Counted from the first letter of the whole stretch, positions 1-15,368 are shown. The stretch: 63,816 nt of DNA, filler included, from Ministeria vibrans ATCC 50519 (GCA_943704425.1; 5 parts of 5 records of this genome joined end to end with filler, not necessarily neighbours in it); one strand, 5' to 3'. A program made the numbers and translations. The notes: a model not told the origin generated them from the sequence alone.

Positions 1-113
1 TTTTTTTTTTTTTTTTTTTTTTTTGCATTTCTTGTCCGTCCGTTTGACTCGTTCTGTCGCGCCTTTGCATCGCATTGCACTTACTTCTCTGTGGCGCCTG
101 ATGTTGTGTGCAG

Positions 114-1678
114 GGGAAACTTCCGCCGGCGGGATCGGTCGCCGCCAGGGTCGTACGAGCGACGCAGACGCGAACGGTCGCCGCCACCGCCTCTGTCGCA
201 CTCGTACGGACGATCAGGGCCGCCGCCGCCGCCGTCGTCGTCGTCCACCGAGGCGCACTTGCGGCCTGCTGCGTCGGCGGTTGGCCAGGGCGTGTCGCCT
301 CTTGCCGCTCAGCCTCGGTCGGCCAAGTACGCTCAACACACTTGTGGAGAGAATGCTCACACGCTCCTTGCCCCATCAAAATTCCCCTCATTTTCTTCTC
401 TTTTGTGCAGAGTCATGACCTTCAAACAGTGGCTGTCCAATCAACCAGACGACATTGATGATGATGTAGCTCTTGTGGAGTACAATACGTACAAGCGAGC
501 AGCACAGCGAGCGGTGTACGACTCGTTTTTCGCGGCGCACAAAAACGATCAGTGGTAACGAACGAAAACACCTGTGCCTGCCCGTTTTTTCGTTCTTTCT
601 TATTTTAATGTGTGCTTTTTGTGTGTAGGTTTATTGAGAAATACGACACAGAAATGGCACGTGCTGACCTGGAAGCGAGAAATGCAGCGACACAGCTGGC
701 AGCGCGTCAGTTTCACGCCGAGTTGGCCAAGGGCGCGGAGTTTGAGCTGACCGAACTGGGCGCAGCGGACGCTGTGCGATTCATGGTGAGCGTAGAGCAA
801 GCGGTGTACACGGAGCGGTTTGGAGAGGTGCCCGAGGGAGAGGCGGTGAAGGGGTCGACAACAACGACAACAAGGGCGGATGGCGATGATGATGGCAAAG
901 ATGACGAGGATGAAGAGGGCGCCGTGCCAATGGAGACGGAGGAGCGCGAAGAAGGCGAAGAGGAAGGGCAAATGGCACCTGCAACGGAGGCTAAGGCGAA
1001 ACGACAGCGAGGCAACACTGTGTTGGTGCTCAAGTCGATCTCACCGTCGGTCGCGTCGAGTGACATTGTTGCCGCATGTCGTGCCAAGATTGACGCGCTC
1101 AAGACGGACAAGGGCGACTCGTCGTCAAGTGGAGTCCTTGACGTGTTCTTCAGCGAGCCAAACCCCACCAAGAAGTTTCATCGTCTTGCATGGGTGGTCT
1201 GCGATGTTCATGTTGATGCGTACAAGGCGCTGCGTGCACTTGACAAAACGAAGGTGATAAAAAATTATTATGAACACAATAATATTTTTATTATTATAAT
1301 TATTTTGATTGAATAATAATAATAATGACTATTTAGGTCGGCAACTTTGAACTTCACGTGGGTCTTGAGAAGCGACAACAATCGACGCATGCGCTGACAC
1401 CTGCTGTGTCGTTTATGCCTGACCGGGCACGCAAGGATCTTGAGCTGGCACTGAGTGTGGCGCGCGAGGCGGACAATCGTGCGGGCGTTGTGGGGGTGTC
1501 ACAGGCACTCTTTGATGCTGCTCAGACGGCGCTTGAGACCAAGACGGACATCTTCAAGGTATGTGAATTGTAATGGATTTGTGGCTGTGATGTGTCGATT
1601 GAATTTTATGGAGTGATTGTGAGTGATTGTTTATTTTTTTGTCGTGATTAATTTTATGGAGTGGTTGTGAGTGATTGT

Positions 1679-1717
<39 letters not shown>

Positions 1718-2892
1718 TTTAATGCGTGTTTTTGTGTAGGTTCTGGATCGTCTTGTGTTGTACTTGCGTGTCGTGCATTTTTACTGTCTGTACAGTGGCC
1801 ACTCGTCGACGAATGCGTTTGCTCTTCAGCGACTTGCCGGGCGCATTTACCTGCGCGGCAACAACGCAACGGTGGACAGCACCGAGTTTACGCGACGGAT
1901 GGAGAAGTGTGCTGAGATGCTACTGAGCAGCGAGGTGGACAATGAGACGGCAGAGAAGCTGGGATGGATTGAAGGGGAGGCGGCACTGCAAGCACGAAAG
2001 GACGAGTGGGTGCGACGGGACTCAGTCAATGTGGTGGAGGAAGGAAAAGTGGTGGGCTGTCGTCACTGTGCAAAGCTCTTTCGTGGTGAAGACTTCTTGT
2101 TGAAGCATTTGAATAATAAGCATCAGGATGTCATTGAGCGCATTCTCAAACAGGTAATTTAAATTTTTATTATTATTACTTTTATTATTATTATTATTTT
2201 GTTTTATTATTATTATTCATGGCTATGAAAAGTCATGTGAAATTAAACTGTCAGTATAATTATTGTTGTGATTCTGACACTGAAAATATCGTAGGTTATC
2301 ATGTTCAATAACTACGTCAAGGACCCCAACCACATGTCCGCCGAGACGGCATCTGCCTCAATCGCTGCTGCTCAGGCGGCGTCTACCGGCCGTCCCATGT
2401 CTGGTAAAAAAAAATCGACTAGCTACTAGCGCTATCCCTTTTCCCTCACACACACTTAATTAATGTTAGTTTATATAAATTATTATTATAATATTATTAT
2501 TAGTATTGTTGTTAAATTTATTCCTCCACTCACACTCTTTCTATCACTTTGTTTCTCACCCCCCCCNNNNNNNNNNNNNNNNNNNNNNNNNNNNNNNNNN
2601 NNNNNNNNNNNNNNNNNNNNNNNNNNNNNNNNNNNNNNNNNNNNNNNNNNNNNNNNNNNNNNNNNNNNNNNNNNNNNNNNNNNNNNNNNNNNNCCCCCCC
2701 CTCTCCGTAGGTTTCAACGGACGTCGTCGTAGCAGCCCTAGCGGCAGTGGTGGGTCGTCCTCGTTCGGCCGTGGCGGCCCCCCTCCCCCTTCCCACCAGG
2801 GGCCATTCCAATACGTTGATCTGGACGCCCCTCCCCCTGGCAGAGCCGCCATCCACACTTCGCGCACGATCCTCTCGTACACTGATCTTTGA
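114..2892 (+). CDS. SRRT: Serrate/Ars2 RNA effector protein (multi-exon, 5' end outside window, internal N gap)
   Basis: Spliced exons give MTFKQWL..DDIDD..A..EY..YK....FF..HKNDQWF.EKY, FFSEPNPTKKFHRLAWV, LDRLVLYLRVVHFYCLYS, the C2H2 finger CRHCAKLFRGEDFLLKHLNNKH, MFNNYVKDP and a C-terminal YVDLDAP..YTDL; all match Ars2/Serrate. Confidence 0.92.
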
Positions 2893-3077
2893 GCCTTTTT
2901 TTTCGTGTTTTCTCCTCTTTTCTCTCACTCACACACACACACACACTCTCTCTCTCTCTCTATCGTCTCTTTGATACACTTACGATGTTGAATTTCTTAT
3001 GACATTTGAGCTTTACTATTTTTTTTTGTTTTCTTTACCATTTTACAATGCGAGGATTCTTATTCATTCTTTGTGAG

Positions 3078-4750
<1,673 letters not shown>

Positions 4751-5985
4751 CGAGATTGCCAGCGAGAAAGACCGTTGGAACGCCACGCAATGGGTGTGTG
4801 CTTGGAATGGGAGCAGACAGGCAAGCTCGGAGTAGACACGAATGGAAAATCGATTAATTTTTAATATTATTAGAAAAAGAAGGACATTTCCAATTTATTA
4901 TCAATCGCAAACGAAAAGCGACAACACAAACAGCTCAGAACCACTTTCTAAGCTACAGAAGCGTCGAGATCGAGCAAAGATGTCATATGAAAGACAGGTG
5001 TCAGGTTGGCTGATGGCTAGACAAGTGACGCGATAGGCGCCAGATGCAATAGACATGAAATATATAAGGCACTACAAATTTGGGGGGGTTTTTTTTAATG
5101 TTTACTCAGATTTTTTGTTAAACTTTCTCGTTGCTTTGTGAATTCGCACGCTTCTCAACTATCAAAGTAAGCTACATACATATAACTTATAAGGGGGTTA
5201 CGTGCGTCAGTTTTCGGGGGTACGCATGCGCGGGATTGGCGAGGATCTACGCCCAAACAAAAACATGTCGGAAAAATATTGTGAAAATTGTGAAACTCGC
5301 CTTTCTGTACGCATCTCAACGCTCGCGGTCAGTCACATATGTGTCATGGGGTTGTATGCGTCCGTTTTCGGGGTCGGCGGTGGCGTTCATGCGGGATTCA
5401 CCTGGGTCTACGTCCCTCAAAAACCGAGAAAAATTGTGGCTCTGACAGTCTGACTCACTCTGTGAATTACTCCGTACGCTTGCTCGTCACCAAAAAAGCG
5501 AAACCGAGATATACTTCTAACTAGCATACGCTTCGTGCAAGATTTATGCTGCCCGCAAGGGATTGAAAGCAATTGCTGCATTATTTTTTAATCGGAGAAA
5601 TTCCTTCGAAAGGAGTGCACGATTATGCTTGTGCTTGATGCTTGACGCCCTCCTCGCCTCGGCTCCTCATTCTTGTTTTCCTCTATCCGCATATCAATTA
5701 TAAATTATCTGGGGGGCAAATATTCTGCTTCCGAGGTGGGGGGGAGGAGGAGGGGGGGTTGCTTCGGTTTGGCATTTGCGTCCTTTTTTCCTCTCTCTCT
5801 CTCTCGAAAAATGAACAAAAAATACCTTTTTCCCCTTTCCCTTTGCATGCGTTTCAAGGTGGGGTGGGCCAAAAGTGTGAGGACAGTCTCTGCTTCACAA
5901 GGCTAGAGTGAGGGTTGGAGCGAGATTTTTCCCTCTTCTTTTTCTTAACAGTTTTTTTCTCCCTTCCCACAGGGGCACAACGAAA

Positions 5986-6531
5986 ATGTGTGGCGGTCCT
6001 CAAAATATTGCAACGGGCATTGTCTGGGAGAAGGACACTCCCTACGACTTTGGTTACTGTACATCAACGCACTTGTCGGTGTACTCGAACCCTGAAGTGA
6101 CATCTCATGTCGTCTCCGCCAACAACGTCCCCATTGTTCTCAACGACGAAGCTGTCCGTCTCATTTCGTCAAAGTACGATGGTCGCCCGTTGAGGGTGTC
6201 GTTTGTGGTCGCCGTCAAAAAGCCCGACTGCTGCAGTGCGTATGGATGCAATTGCTGCAGCTGCAGCGATGGCTGCTGCAGCTGCTGCAGCTACGTCAAA
6301 CCGACGTACGCCGCCTCCTCCGTGGTGACGGAGATCTGGTTCGCAAACAAAACGGAGGAGCCCAAGTACACGGGGGCTATGGCGTGCTTCCTCTCGTTCT
6401 GCTGCGGCACGTGCGTCACTTTCTCCAACATCCGACACGCGCGTTACGTTGGCATCCCATCCAGCTGGGTGAAGCAAGCAGATTCTTTTAATCTCACCAG
6501 CATGGTCAACACACAACCCGGCGAACAGTGA
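5986..6531 (+). CDS. Cysteine-rich hypothetical protein (~181 aa)
   Basis: Uninterrupted ORF with coding-like composition starting MCGGPQ; CCSAYGCNCCSCSDGCCSCC cluster and a hydrophobic MACFLSFCCGTCV segment; upstream acceptor-like CCCACAG at ~5972. Confidence 0.65.
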   Translation: MCGGPQNIATGIVWEKDTPYDFGYCTSTHLSVYSNPEVTSHVVSANNVPIVLNDEAVRLISSKYDGRPLRVSFVVAVKKPDCCSAYGCNCCSCSDGCCSCCSYVKPTYAASSVVTEIWFANKTEEPKYTGAMACFLSFCCGTCVTFSNIRHARYVGIPSSWVKQADSFNLTSMVNTQPGEQ

Positions 6532-6964
6532 CCCCCCTCCCCGCGATTTTAAAAAAAAACATTAAAAATGCCGCAAAAAGTATAATTAAATTTAAAATAA
6601 TAATAGGAGTCATATCGCTTCAAAAATATTATTAGCAATAATTAGTTTTGAAGATGAATATTATTCATGCAACCCATTTATTCATGATGCAGTCACCATG
6701 GTCTGCGAGTCACGGAATCACCACAAAATGAATTCTTCGAGCGAAGAATCTATCACATTGCTTAATAAGCCCGCCCATAATTTAAGTTTCACACGCTCAG
6801 CGAACAGATGAGCCAATGTCGGGCGTAGTAGCCCGATAGCGAGGGGCATAAGAGACTTGCTTGCTGTACTCTTCTCTGTCTCCGAGACACCAGAGTTGTG
6901 TGCAGAATCTCACTGGCCTTCGAATTTACCGAAGCGCGCCTGATGCGCGTGCCTCTTGTTGGCT

Positions 6965-9900
6965 CGAAGTGGACTTCACTCCCCTCAGGTGGACAAAATA
7001 AAAATGAGCCGTCGGACCTGGTTGGTTGGTAAAGATATTCAAAAACCCTCTTTAGATGCTTCCATACCACAAAGCAGCTACTATAGTAATGCATAAATGC
7101 GATACAAGGCCAAGTGATGGTGTAAAGATGGAAGAAAAGTACAAATTTGAGACCAAATATTTTGACGAAAATTTTGACTGAGAAAGCCAGGGAGTAATAC
7201 TTTGTTTGTACAACTTGCACAGTACATTTTACAAATCATTGAAGGTCCTTGTCGAGATCGTCGACAAAGTCGCTCATTGCACTCGCCTCAAGCCGCAGAG
7301 TTTGGCCCCGTTCTCCTGCACCAGCGCGCGGCGGCCTGGAGGATGACGATGTCGACGAGTTCACACTCGGGGCCAGCATCCCTTGCTCAGACGCGGGCAC
7401 GGTCACCGCGGACTCCTCGACATCTTCTTGTCCTTGCAGCGCAGGTGTGGCAGTACTCGCTGCTGAGTGTGGCTGAGGCCGCTCGGCGGCCAGCTTGGGA
7501 ACAGCTTGCATCTGCCGCTCGAGAATGGCAACGATTGATTCGCCAGCAGCCGACTTGACGCGTTCCAGCTCACGCACCGACAATGACACATCGCAAACAG
7601 CGACCACGGAAGACAACTCCACCGTCGTCATCGCGCTACCGGCCCTCCTGCTTGTTCCCAGGCCGTGCGCCAGATTGACGACTACGTCGACAGCCTCGCA
7701 CTGTTGCTCCAGCTCGCGCTCGGTGCTCAGCTGCCACGCAAATGCACTGGGCGTGGGCAGCTCGTCGATGTTCCGTGGCGTGTGCACCTCTGTTGTTAAC
7801 GATCCTCTCAACTCCGTAATGGAGACGCTCACGCAATGCCGATCCGCCGCGCTGGAGAGCAGCGCGCTATCTAACCCAAAAGTCCGCTGGTGACCTGCAC
7901 GACCAGGTATACTCTTCGTCAGAAGCACCACGGCACCAAATTCCACTCGGAAAGACTGGATCTGTGCGTTGTCTACCTGCGGCTGCGCGAGCTCGTCGTT
8001 CACGAAGAGCATCGCCACAGTGCAGCCAAGGCTAATCAGGTCATTCTCAGTCTTTGGCGCGTCGTCGTCGACACCGTCGGTAGCACGCGGGGCGGCATTG
8101 CCGAGCGCCGGCGGTGCCGGACGAGCAGGTGGACGTTCTCGGGGAGTTTGTGTCGCTTGGACGCGAGAAAGCCGCGACGCGGACGTTCCGGATGCGGACA
8201 CACGACTTGCGATGGCGCTGGAGAGCTTCGCGCACCACACGAGCTTCAGCTCGCCTCGCTTGCCGTCACTACGGAGCAGATGAGCACCATGGACTGCACC
8301 CCCCTGCTCTGCATCGCCATCTGCCGACGCCATGCCGGTCGCCGTAGCGCGACCCTTAATCAGCTCCTGCGCAGCACGGAGGCCAAGTACGACAGAATGT
8401 GCATCCACAGCCTGGTCTTCCACGCTGTTGCCCACGCAGACAGGCGCGTCCCCTGGCGCGTCCCCTGGCGCGTCCCCTGGCGCGTTCAGATCAGTCGCCT
8501 CGTCCGCCTCGTCCGCCTCATCTCCCAGCTCGTCCTCGACGTCAGCTTCCTCGTTCTCCAAGCGGCTGGGATCCGCGCACCCCGACGAAGTCTTGCGCGC
8601 GAAACTGTCCACGTCGTAAAACGTGCACGCGAGCGCCTCATCATCGCGCATGGTGCGCAAGAGCTCGGCGAACGCCTCAGTTTCCCCGTCCAAACACAAT
8701 GTCGCCAGCCTCGTGCCGTGATCGCAGCCGGCGCAAAAGCCGAAGTTTAATTCACCCACCAAATTGCTGACAAAGTCGCCACTCTGCTGCATGAGCTCGA
8801 TGGAGAAACCTCGCTCTTCCCAGCCGCGCCGGCGCCACCAGTCCTCGTCTACGGCGGCTGCCAGGCGACCCCACTCGTGACTGCGCCCGCTGTTGTTGCC
8901 GCGCTGCTCGAAAAGCTCGAGAGTATCGAGGTGGCCGTTCACTCCAAACCGCTTCCCCATGCCACTCAAGTGCGTGGAGAGCACATGGAGAGCCTCCGTT
9001 GCGCTCACGTTGGCCGTGTTGCGGTTGCCAGAGCGGATCACTCTAAAAGTTGCCTCAACCGGATCGCTCGAGGCAGCGCGGTCGGCGTCGAACGCGGCGA
9101 CTGCGGCGGGCCCACAGCGAACGCCCAAGTGAACGAAAGTCACAGCAAGCGTGCCCACGCAGCGGAGAATGTCATCAAGGGTCTGGTTGGTGTAGAACTC
9201 GCTCGCGTTGCGTCGGGCCTCGCGGAACGCTCTCAAGCTGCTCCACACAACGCCGCATCGGTACAGCCGGCCTCTCACGGACAAGTTGCGGTTGCCAAAT
9301 GCGTCCGCAAACAGGCAGTGGATGCTCACCATCGCCAGCACGCCACAAATAGGCACACCCGAGATGCACGCGCCATGCTCTTGCACTGCTTCCAGGAGCG
9401 CACCAAGCAGGCGAGGAGAAGCGCGAATGAGTGCACGCGACACGGACTGACGGTCGCCCTTATGAGGCAGGCTCTCGCTCGTCAGCAGCTTGTTGCCCGA
9501 GGCGGCGTGCACGAGCGTGAGAACGGCTGAACACAGCGGCTGTGCGCCGAAGAAGCGCATCTTGATCGCGTCGAACATGCCCGATGCGCGCTTGAGAACA
9601 TGGCGAACATCTTGGAGGTGGAATTGCCCGAGAACAACAGCGACGGGATCAACTCGCGCGCCTTGAAGAGCGTTGCACAGCCGAACGAGACGGTGGATCA
9701 GCTGCTCGTGAAGATGCCGCGTTTGACGAGCGCCGCTGGCGTCGCTGCCGGTGGCCGACCACTCGTTGTGCCAGTCGCTGATTCGCGCAGAGCAATCGTC
9801 GACTCTGAAATCGCGCTCCAGAGCTCTGCCGCGCAGAGCGATCTGCTTGCGCGACACGGCGACGCACCGCGCATCTCCATCTGTGTCGACGCCTTGGACA

Positions 9901-12796
9901 ACGATTCCAGGCACGTGCTGCTGGAGTAGACGGATGGCGGTGAACGCAAGGTGCTCGTGTGCGACGGTGTCGAAGTTGTTCGCGGAAAGTGCAACGACAA
10001 AAGGAATGGGGCTCAGCAGCCGCTCGGTGAACAGCTTGTCATTGTAGAGTTGCGGTTGCACGGTGACGAGCGTCAGGTGGGACGAGAAGGCATAAGCTGA
10101 CGTGTAGTTACCGTCATCGTCCACCTCGAGCACCTTGTTCAACATCTCCTCCGCCTCCGCGACAGTTCTCGGGACCTCATCGGGCTGCTTGCCGTACGCA
10201 GTGGAGCCAGCGTTGGAGCCGAGGCCATCTTGCTGCGCACCAAGGAGGAAGAAGCGCGTCGAGGTGGCCGGTGTGCTGGTGTCTTTCATGGCGTAGGCTT
10301 GGACACACGCGCGAATGTTGGTTTGGTCGATGGCAATGGTGACGGGAACGAGCATCTCGCCGCAACTTGGCACAGTCCAACGCGGAACCGACGTTGACAC
10401 GAGTTTGCGCACTTGCTTTGCTTGCGCCACCACAATCGGCCCAGTGAGCTGCAGCACTTGTCGCTCCGACAAACCCGGCATGATCTACACATGCATAGAA
10501 AATTAGCAAAGTCATCACATTATCTTTAAAATACCTTGCACGACCCAAACAGCTTGCTCCACCGGCACACCGTCGCCACGGACACATTGGCCACAAACGT
10601 GTTCACGACAGTCATTGCGGTGCGTAAGTTTGTGTACGTGACCAAATTGGCACAGAGGTGTTTGAGGTTCAGCGGGTAGCGTCGGCCGCGAGACTTTGTC
10701 TTGCGGTTGGCGGTGAGAGTCTCCAGCAGCATCGTGTACAACGCCGCCAATCGCGCGTCTTTGTCACCGAGGCCCTTGACGAGAGTTGTGAGCTGCTCCT
10801 GCACAGCTGTCTTGTGCTTGCTCAGCGCTTTGTCAAAGCGCCGCTGTTCATCCTTGCCCCGCGTCGGCTGCAGCTCGCGGTCGTCGCCAGGACACCAAAG
10901 TGCTGCACGAGCGACGCCGTGACCTTTGCGTACAACCCGCCGTTACTCGCACCAGCTTGCGATTTGTTGGCGTTGACCAGCAGCAGTGCACACTGTGAGC
11001 ATGTCGTACGCTGGGTCCTGTCTAGCTGAGAGCGTGGGACGGACGCGTCGCAATGGCTGTGACGAAGAGCGACTGGGTCGTAGCGAGCGCCGAACCAGTC
11101 AGCGGCGCTGCTGTCAATGTCAATGCGGAACGCTGTGTCGCGAGAACCTCTCCCAAACGCAAACGAATGCGTTTCAAGCTGGAGATCACCGAGATCGGTA
11201 AGAGCACGGGCAACGGCCACGCCCGCCTTGCCCCTGTTGATGATTTGTCTGATGGAGACGCCCATGCACCTGGCAGTGTCGGGTTTGTCGATGGGCCGCT
11301 CGGGGGCATCATTGAGGCGGCCGGTTGGCTGGCGCGTGGACTTTGGTGACGGGAGCATGATCGCCGGCGTGGCTGTCGTTGGCGCATGCGCGGGTGCCGA
11401 CGCGCGCCAGTTGTCCATGAAAGACCTCATCTTTGCCGCCGACTTCGCCTCGGCGACGCTCGAGGCACTCGCAAGAACAGGCGAGGTGTGCTTCGCGTTC
11501 GTATGCGTGATGAAGCGCCCAACGACAAGGCCAGCCGTCGTTCCTCGAGCGCCGACGAATGTCTGGTCGCACAGACCACACGACACCTCGATCGTGTCAC
11601 TTGTGAACGTGGCAGTGGGTAAGGCACGCAGGCGCAGCGAAGCGAGGCGCTCGTTGAAGAGGCGCATGAATTTGTCATCGCCATTTCCACCGCCAGGACC
11701 AATAATGACCGTCACGCCGCCCGCCTCCCGTCGTTCGCTAGCAGTCTCCTCGACGTCGTCGCTGCTGCTCGCGGCCGCGTCCGAGTCACCGTCGCCGCCT
11801 CCAGCTTCAGCTTCGTCGCCGACGACCGCCTCCCGGCGTTCGCTCCCTGTCTCCTCGACATCGTCGCTGCTGCTGTCAGCGACCAAGAACACGTCGGTGG
11901 GGTCGTGGCGAAGGCGTTTCGACACTTCGTCGTCGCCGCTCGACTGTGGTCTTTTTTTCGAGTCGGCGCTTTCGTCGCCGCTCTCCGCTCCCGTGCGCGA
12001 CCGCTTCGACGGCTGCTCGTTAGAGGCATCGTCTGGGGCGCCGCGTAACCGCTTGTTCGCGTCTGTGCCGCTGCTGGCGTCGCTTTCACTGGGTGTGCCC
12101 TTTTCGCCGACAGCGAACAGAAAGGACACGAGCAGCTCAGGAACGTCTTGCGCCGCACACTGGCTGGCCCAACGCCGCAAAGACCGTGCGTTGACTGTGC
12201 TGAGGACAATCTCGCGCATCGGTGGCGGCCGGACGATCTCAGCGGTTTCAATTTGCGCGAGATTTCCGAACCTTTGACGTAGGATGCGTCGGATGTCCCT
12301 GTCGGCATGATCTGGCCCAATCACAGACTCAAGCAAGACTACAGCAGTGAGTACAGCAGTGAGTGCAGCTCGGTTGAAGAGCATGGGGATGTTATGCGAT
12401 GTTTACCATCGATATTTGGCACTGCTTCAGTATTTATGAAGCGAATGTACACATCAGTGCCTTCGTTAATGTCCTGTGACATACCCGAAAGCGTTGAGTG
12501 GACGTTAAGACATGAAATTTTTGCAATTTGATCAAATCTTGCGAATTTCGCTACATTTTCTGTTGAGGGAAAATGATCAATTCACATAGTTTTTTATTGT
12601 TTAAATGGGCTCCTCACGTTCACAGACGGCATTGATCATCGTGATAGCCACTGATAGGTCATTTTAGCCCTTTTACGACGTTATTTATGCCAGGTGGACA
12701 GCACAAGAAATATTTTTTCTGACCTGGTAGGTGGTATTATACGCGTGGATTATTTGAAAATATTTTTGGTTTAATTAGGGAGTGAAGTCCACTTCG
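6965..12796 (-). mobile_element. DNA transposon, P-element-superfamily-like, bounded by 19-bp perfect inverted repeats
   Basis: CGAAGTGGACTTCACTCCC (6965-6983) is the exact reverse complement of GGGAGTGAAGTCCACTTCG (12778-12796); the pair encloses a DDE transposase gene. No target-site duplication visible. Confidence 0.8.
7236..12384 (-). CDS. P-element-like DDE transposase (three ORF segments, ~1,680 aa if joined)
   Basis: KSRGRRY..LK...A.L......SVATVCRW (P-type HTH region), IAIDQTNIR (first Asp), VQGVDTDGDAR (second Asp), LIHRLVRLCNAL (H..K..RN-like), KGDRQSV, SSDPVEATFRVIRSG (catalytic Glu, cf. QDxLENFFxxIR). Clear GT-AG intron at 10534-10485 with branch-like GCTAAT. The ORF1/ORF2 junction needs a 56-nt intron (10923-10868) or a frameshift. 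Confidence 0.75.
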
Positions 12797-12904
12797 TGAT
12801 CGGCCGACGTTTGCAGAGGTGGAAGACCGCCTGCGAGCGCTTGTCGTGAGCCAGACGCCGGTACGCGACCTAGGAGTTGCACTCCTTGAAATAGAGCAGC
12901 GGCT

Positions 12905-13004
12905 NNNNNNNNNNNNNNNNNNNNNNNNNNNNNNNNNNNNNNNNNNNNTTAATTAATTAANNNNNNNNNNNNNNNNNNNNNNNNNNNNNNNNNNNNNNNN
13001 NNNN
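12905..13004. other. Artificial contig linker (N-run + TTAATTAATTAA + N-run); also at 35778-35877, 46505-46604, 62671-62770
   Basis: The same six-frame-stop 12-mer is centred in a 100-nt N block at four positions. Confidence 0.95.
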
Positions 13005-13114
<110 letters not shown>

Positions 13115-13140
13115 TTTCTTTATTCATTTCCTATTCACAG

Positions 13141-14020
<880 letters not shown>

Positions 14021-14106
14021 CAAGAACTCTCTCCCCTCCCGTTTCTATTTTGAGTGTGAAAGAAAATAAACATCAATTTTTATAACAATAACAAGCTGTA
14101 TTGGTA

Positions 14107-15188
14107 TCATTGTAGTGTGTTGGTTAACGACAGTTTCCTCTTTGCGACACTTTCCATTGCTGCTTGAGCCAATGTGATGGAACGATTCACTCGCTCGCTC
14201 TCGCTCTCTCTCTCTTCCTTCTCTTTTTCTTCTTCTTCTTCTCCTTCTTCTTCTCCTTCTTCTTCTTCGTCTATTCCTCTGAGCTTATTCTGCGCATCTG
14301 CACTGATCTCAATGATAGATCGACTGCGCTGCGAGCCACACATCGACACGAGTCGACGCGCACTCTCTCCTTCTCGGTTCTCCAGTGAGTCGTCCACGCG
14401 CGCCCCATGCGCGACCAGCAGCTCGAGCACCCGCGCGTGTCCGTCACTGCTGCCATCACTCGCTGCACACATTGCTGCAGTGTTTCCCCATGTATTGCTG
14501 CAGTGGATGTCCACATCCGCCTGTACAATCAACCATCAATATAAGCTTAACATACCACACTTGAGTACCTTGAGAAGTGCCTCGACTACGTCTGCATGAC
14601 CCCGCGCACTCGCTCGCATCAACGGAGTCCATCGATGAAGGTCCTTTTCGTGTGCTGCCCATGGCGCTGCTTCAATGAGTGCTGCAACTTCGGTGGCATC
14701 GCCATTTTCAGCTGCCTCTCTCACACGCAGCCCAACCTTGAGCATCGCGACACACTCAGCATTGTCAGTGTCCGACGCCATAGCCACCTTCACCGCAGAG
14801 TCTCCCCACTGATCAGTCTTATTAGGATTCGCACCTCCTCCCAAGAGCAGCGAGACACAGCGCGTGTGTCCAGCCGTCGCGGCCTAACCAACGCAAAAGT
14901 CAACATGAATAATTATTAATGATTATCAATCGACTCACAGTGACATAAAATGAACAGTGTGTGTCTCACCGCCATAACGGGCGTCGTGCCCCATTTATCG
15001 CCGGCATCCACCTCTACACCAGCGGCCAAGAGTGCTGCCACGCACCCCGAGTGCCCTGCCTTGGCCGCAAGGTACAGCGCCGGCTCTCCCTTGTCGTTGC
15101 GCTCATTGGCCGAACTTGTCTTCTGCACCAGCAAATCCCGCAGCCCTTTGTCGTCTCCTTGCGCTGCCGCCTCGCAGATACTCGTCAT
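14107..15188 (-). CDS. Ankyrin-repeat protein with acidic C-terminal tract
   Basis: GEPALYLAAKAGHSGCV, GTTPVM, GDSAVKVA, RWTPLMRASARGHADVV, GNTAAMCAA; multi-exon. Confidence 0.8.
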
Positions 15189-15368
15189 CGTTCTACGTAG
15201 TGGCAGTAGGGAGACAGAGTTGCAAAATTTCTCAGGTAAGAAAGAAAAAAGAATTTTGATTGAAATCATTCATAATAATTATTAATGGTACTTTTCATTA
15301 TCGATTCTCTATTAATTATTTTTCTTTGTTTTAAATTATTCGACAATTGCTTTTATTGCTTGTATTGT

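Noticed and set aside
4842-5640. Short ORFs and p53-like half-sites between the MAPK and Cys-rich genes
   Set aside because: Half-sites are imperfect and unpaired; the ORFs lack coding character.
6683-6689. CATGATG matching the start of the Drosophila P-element TIR
   Set aside because: Only 7 bp, and no inverted partner is visible before the contig ends at 12904.
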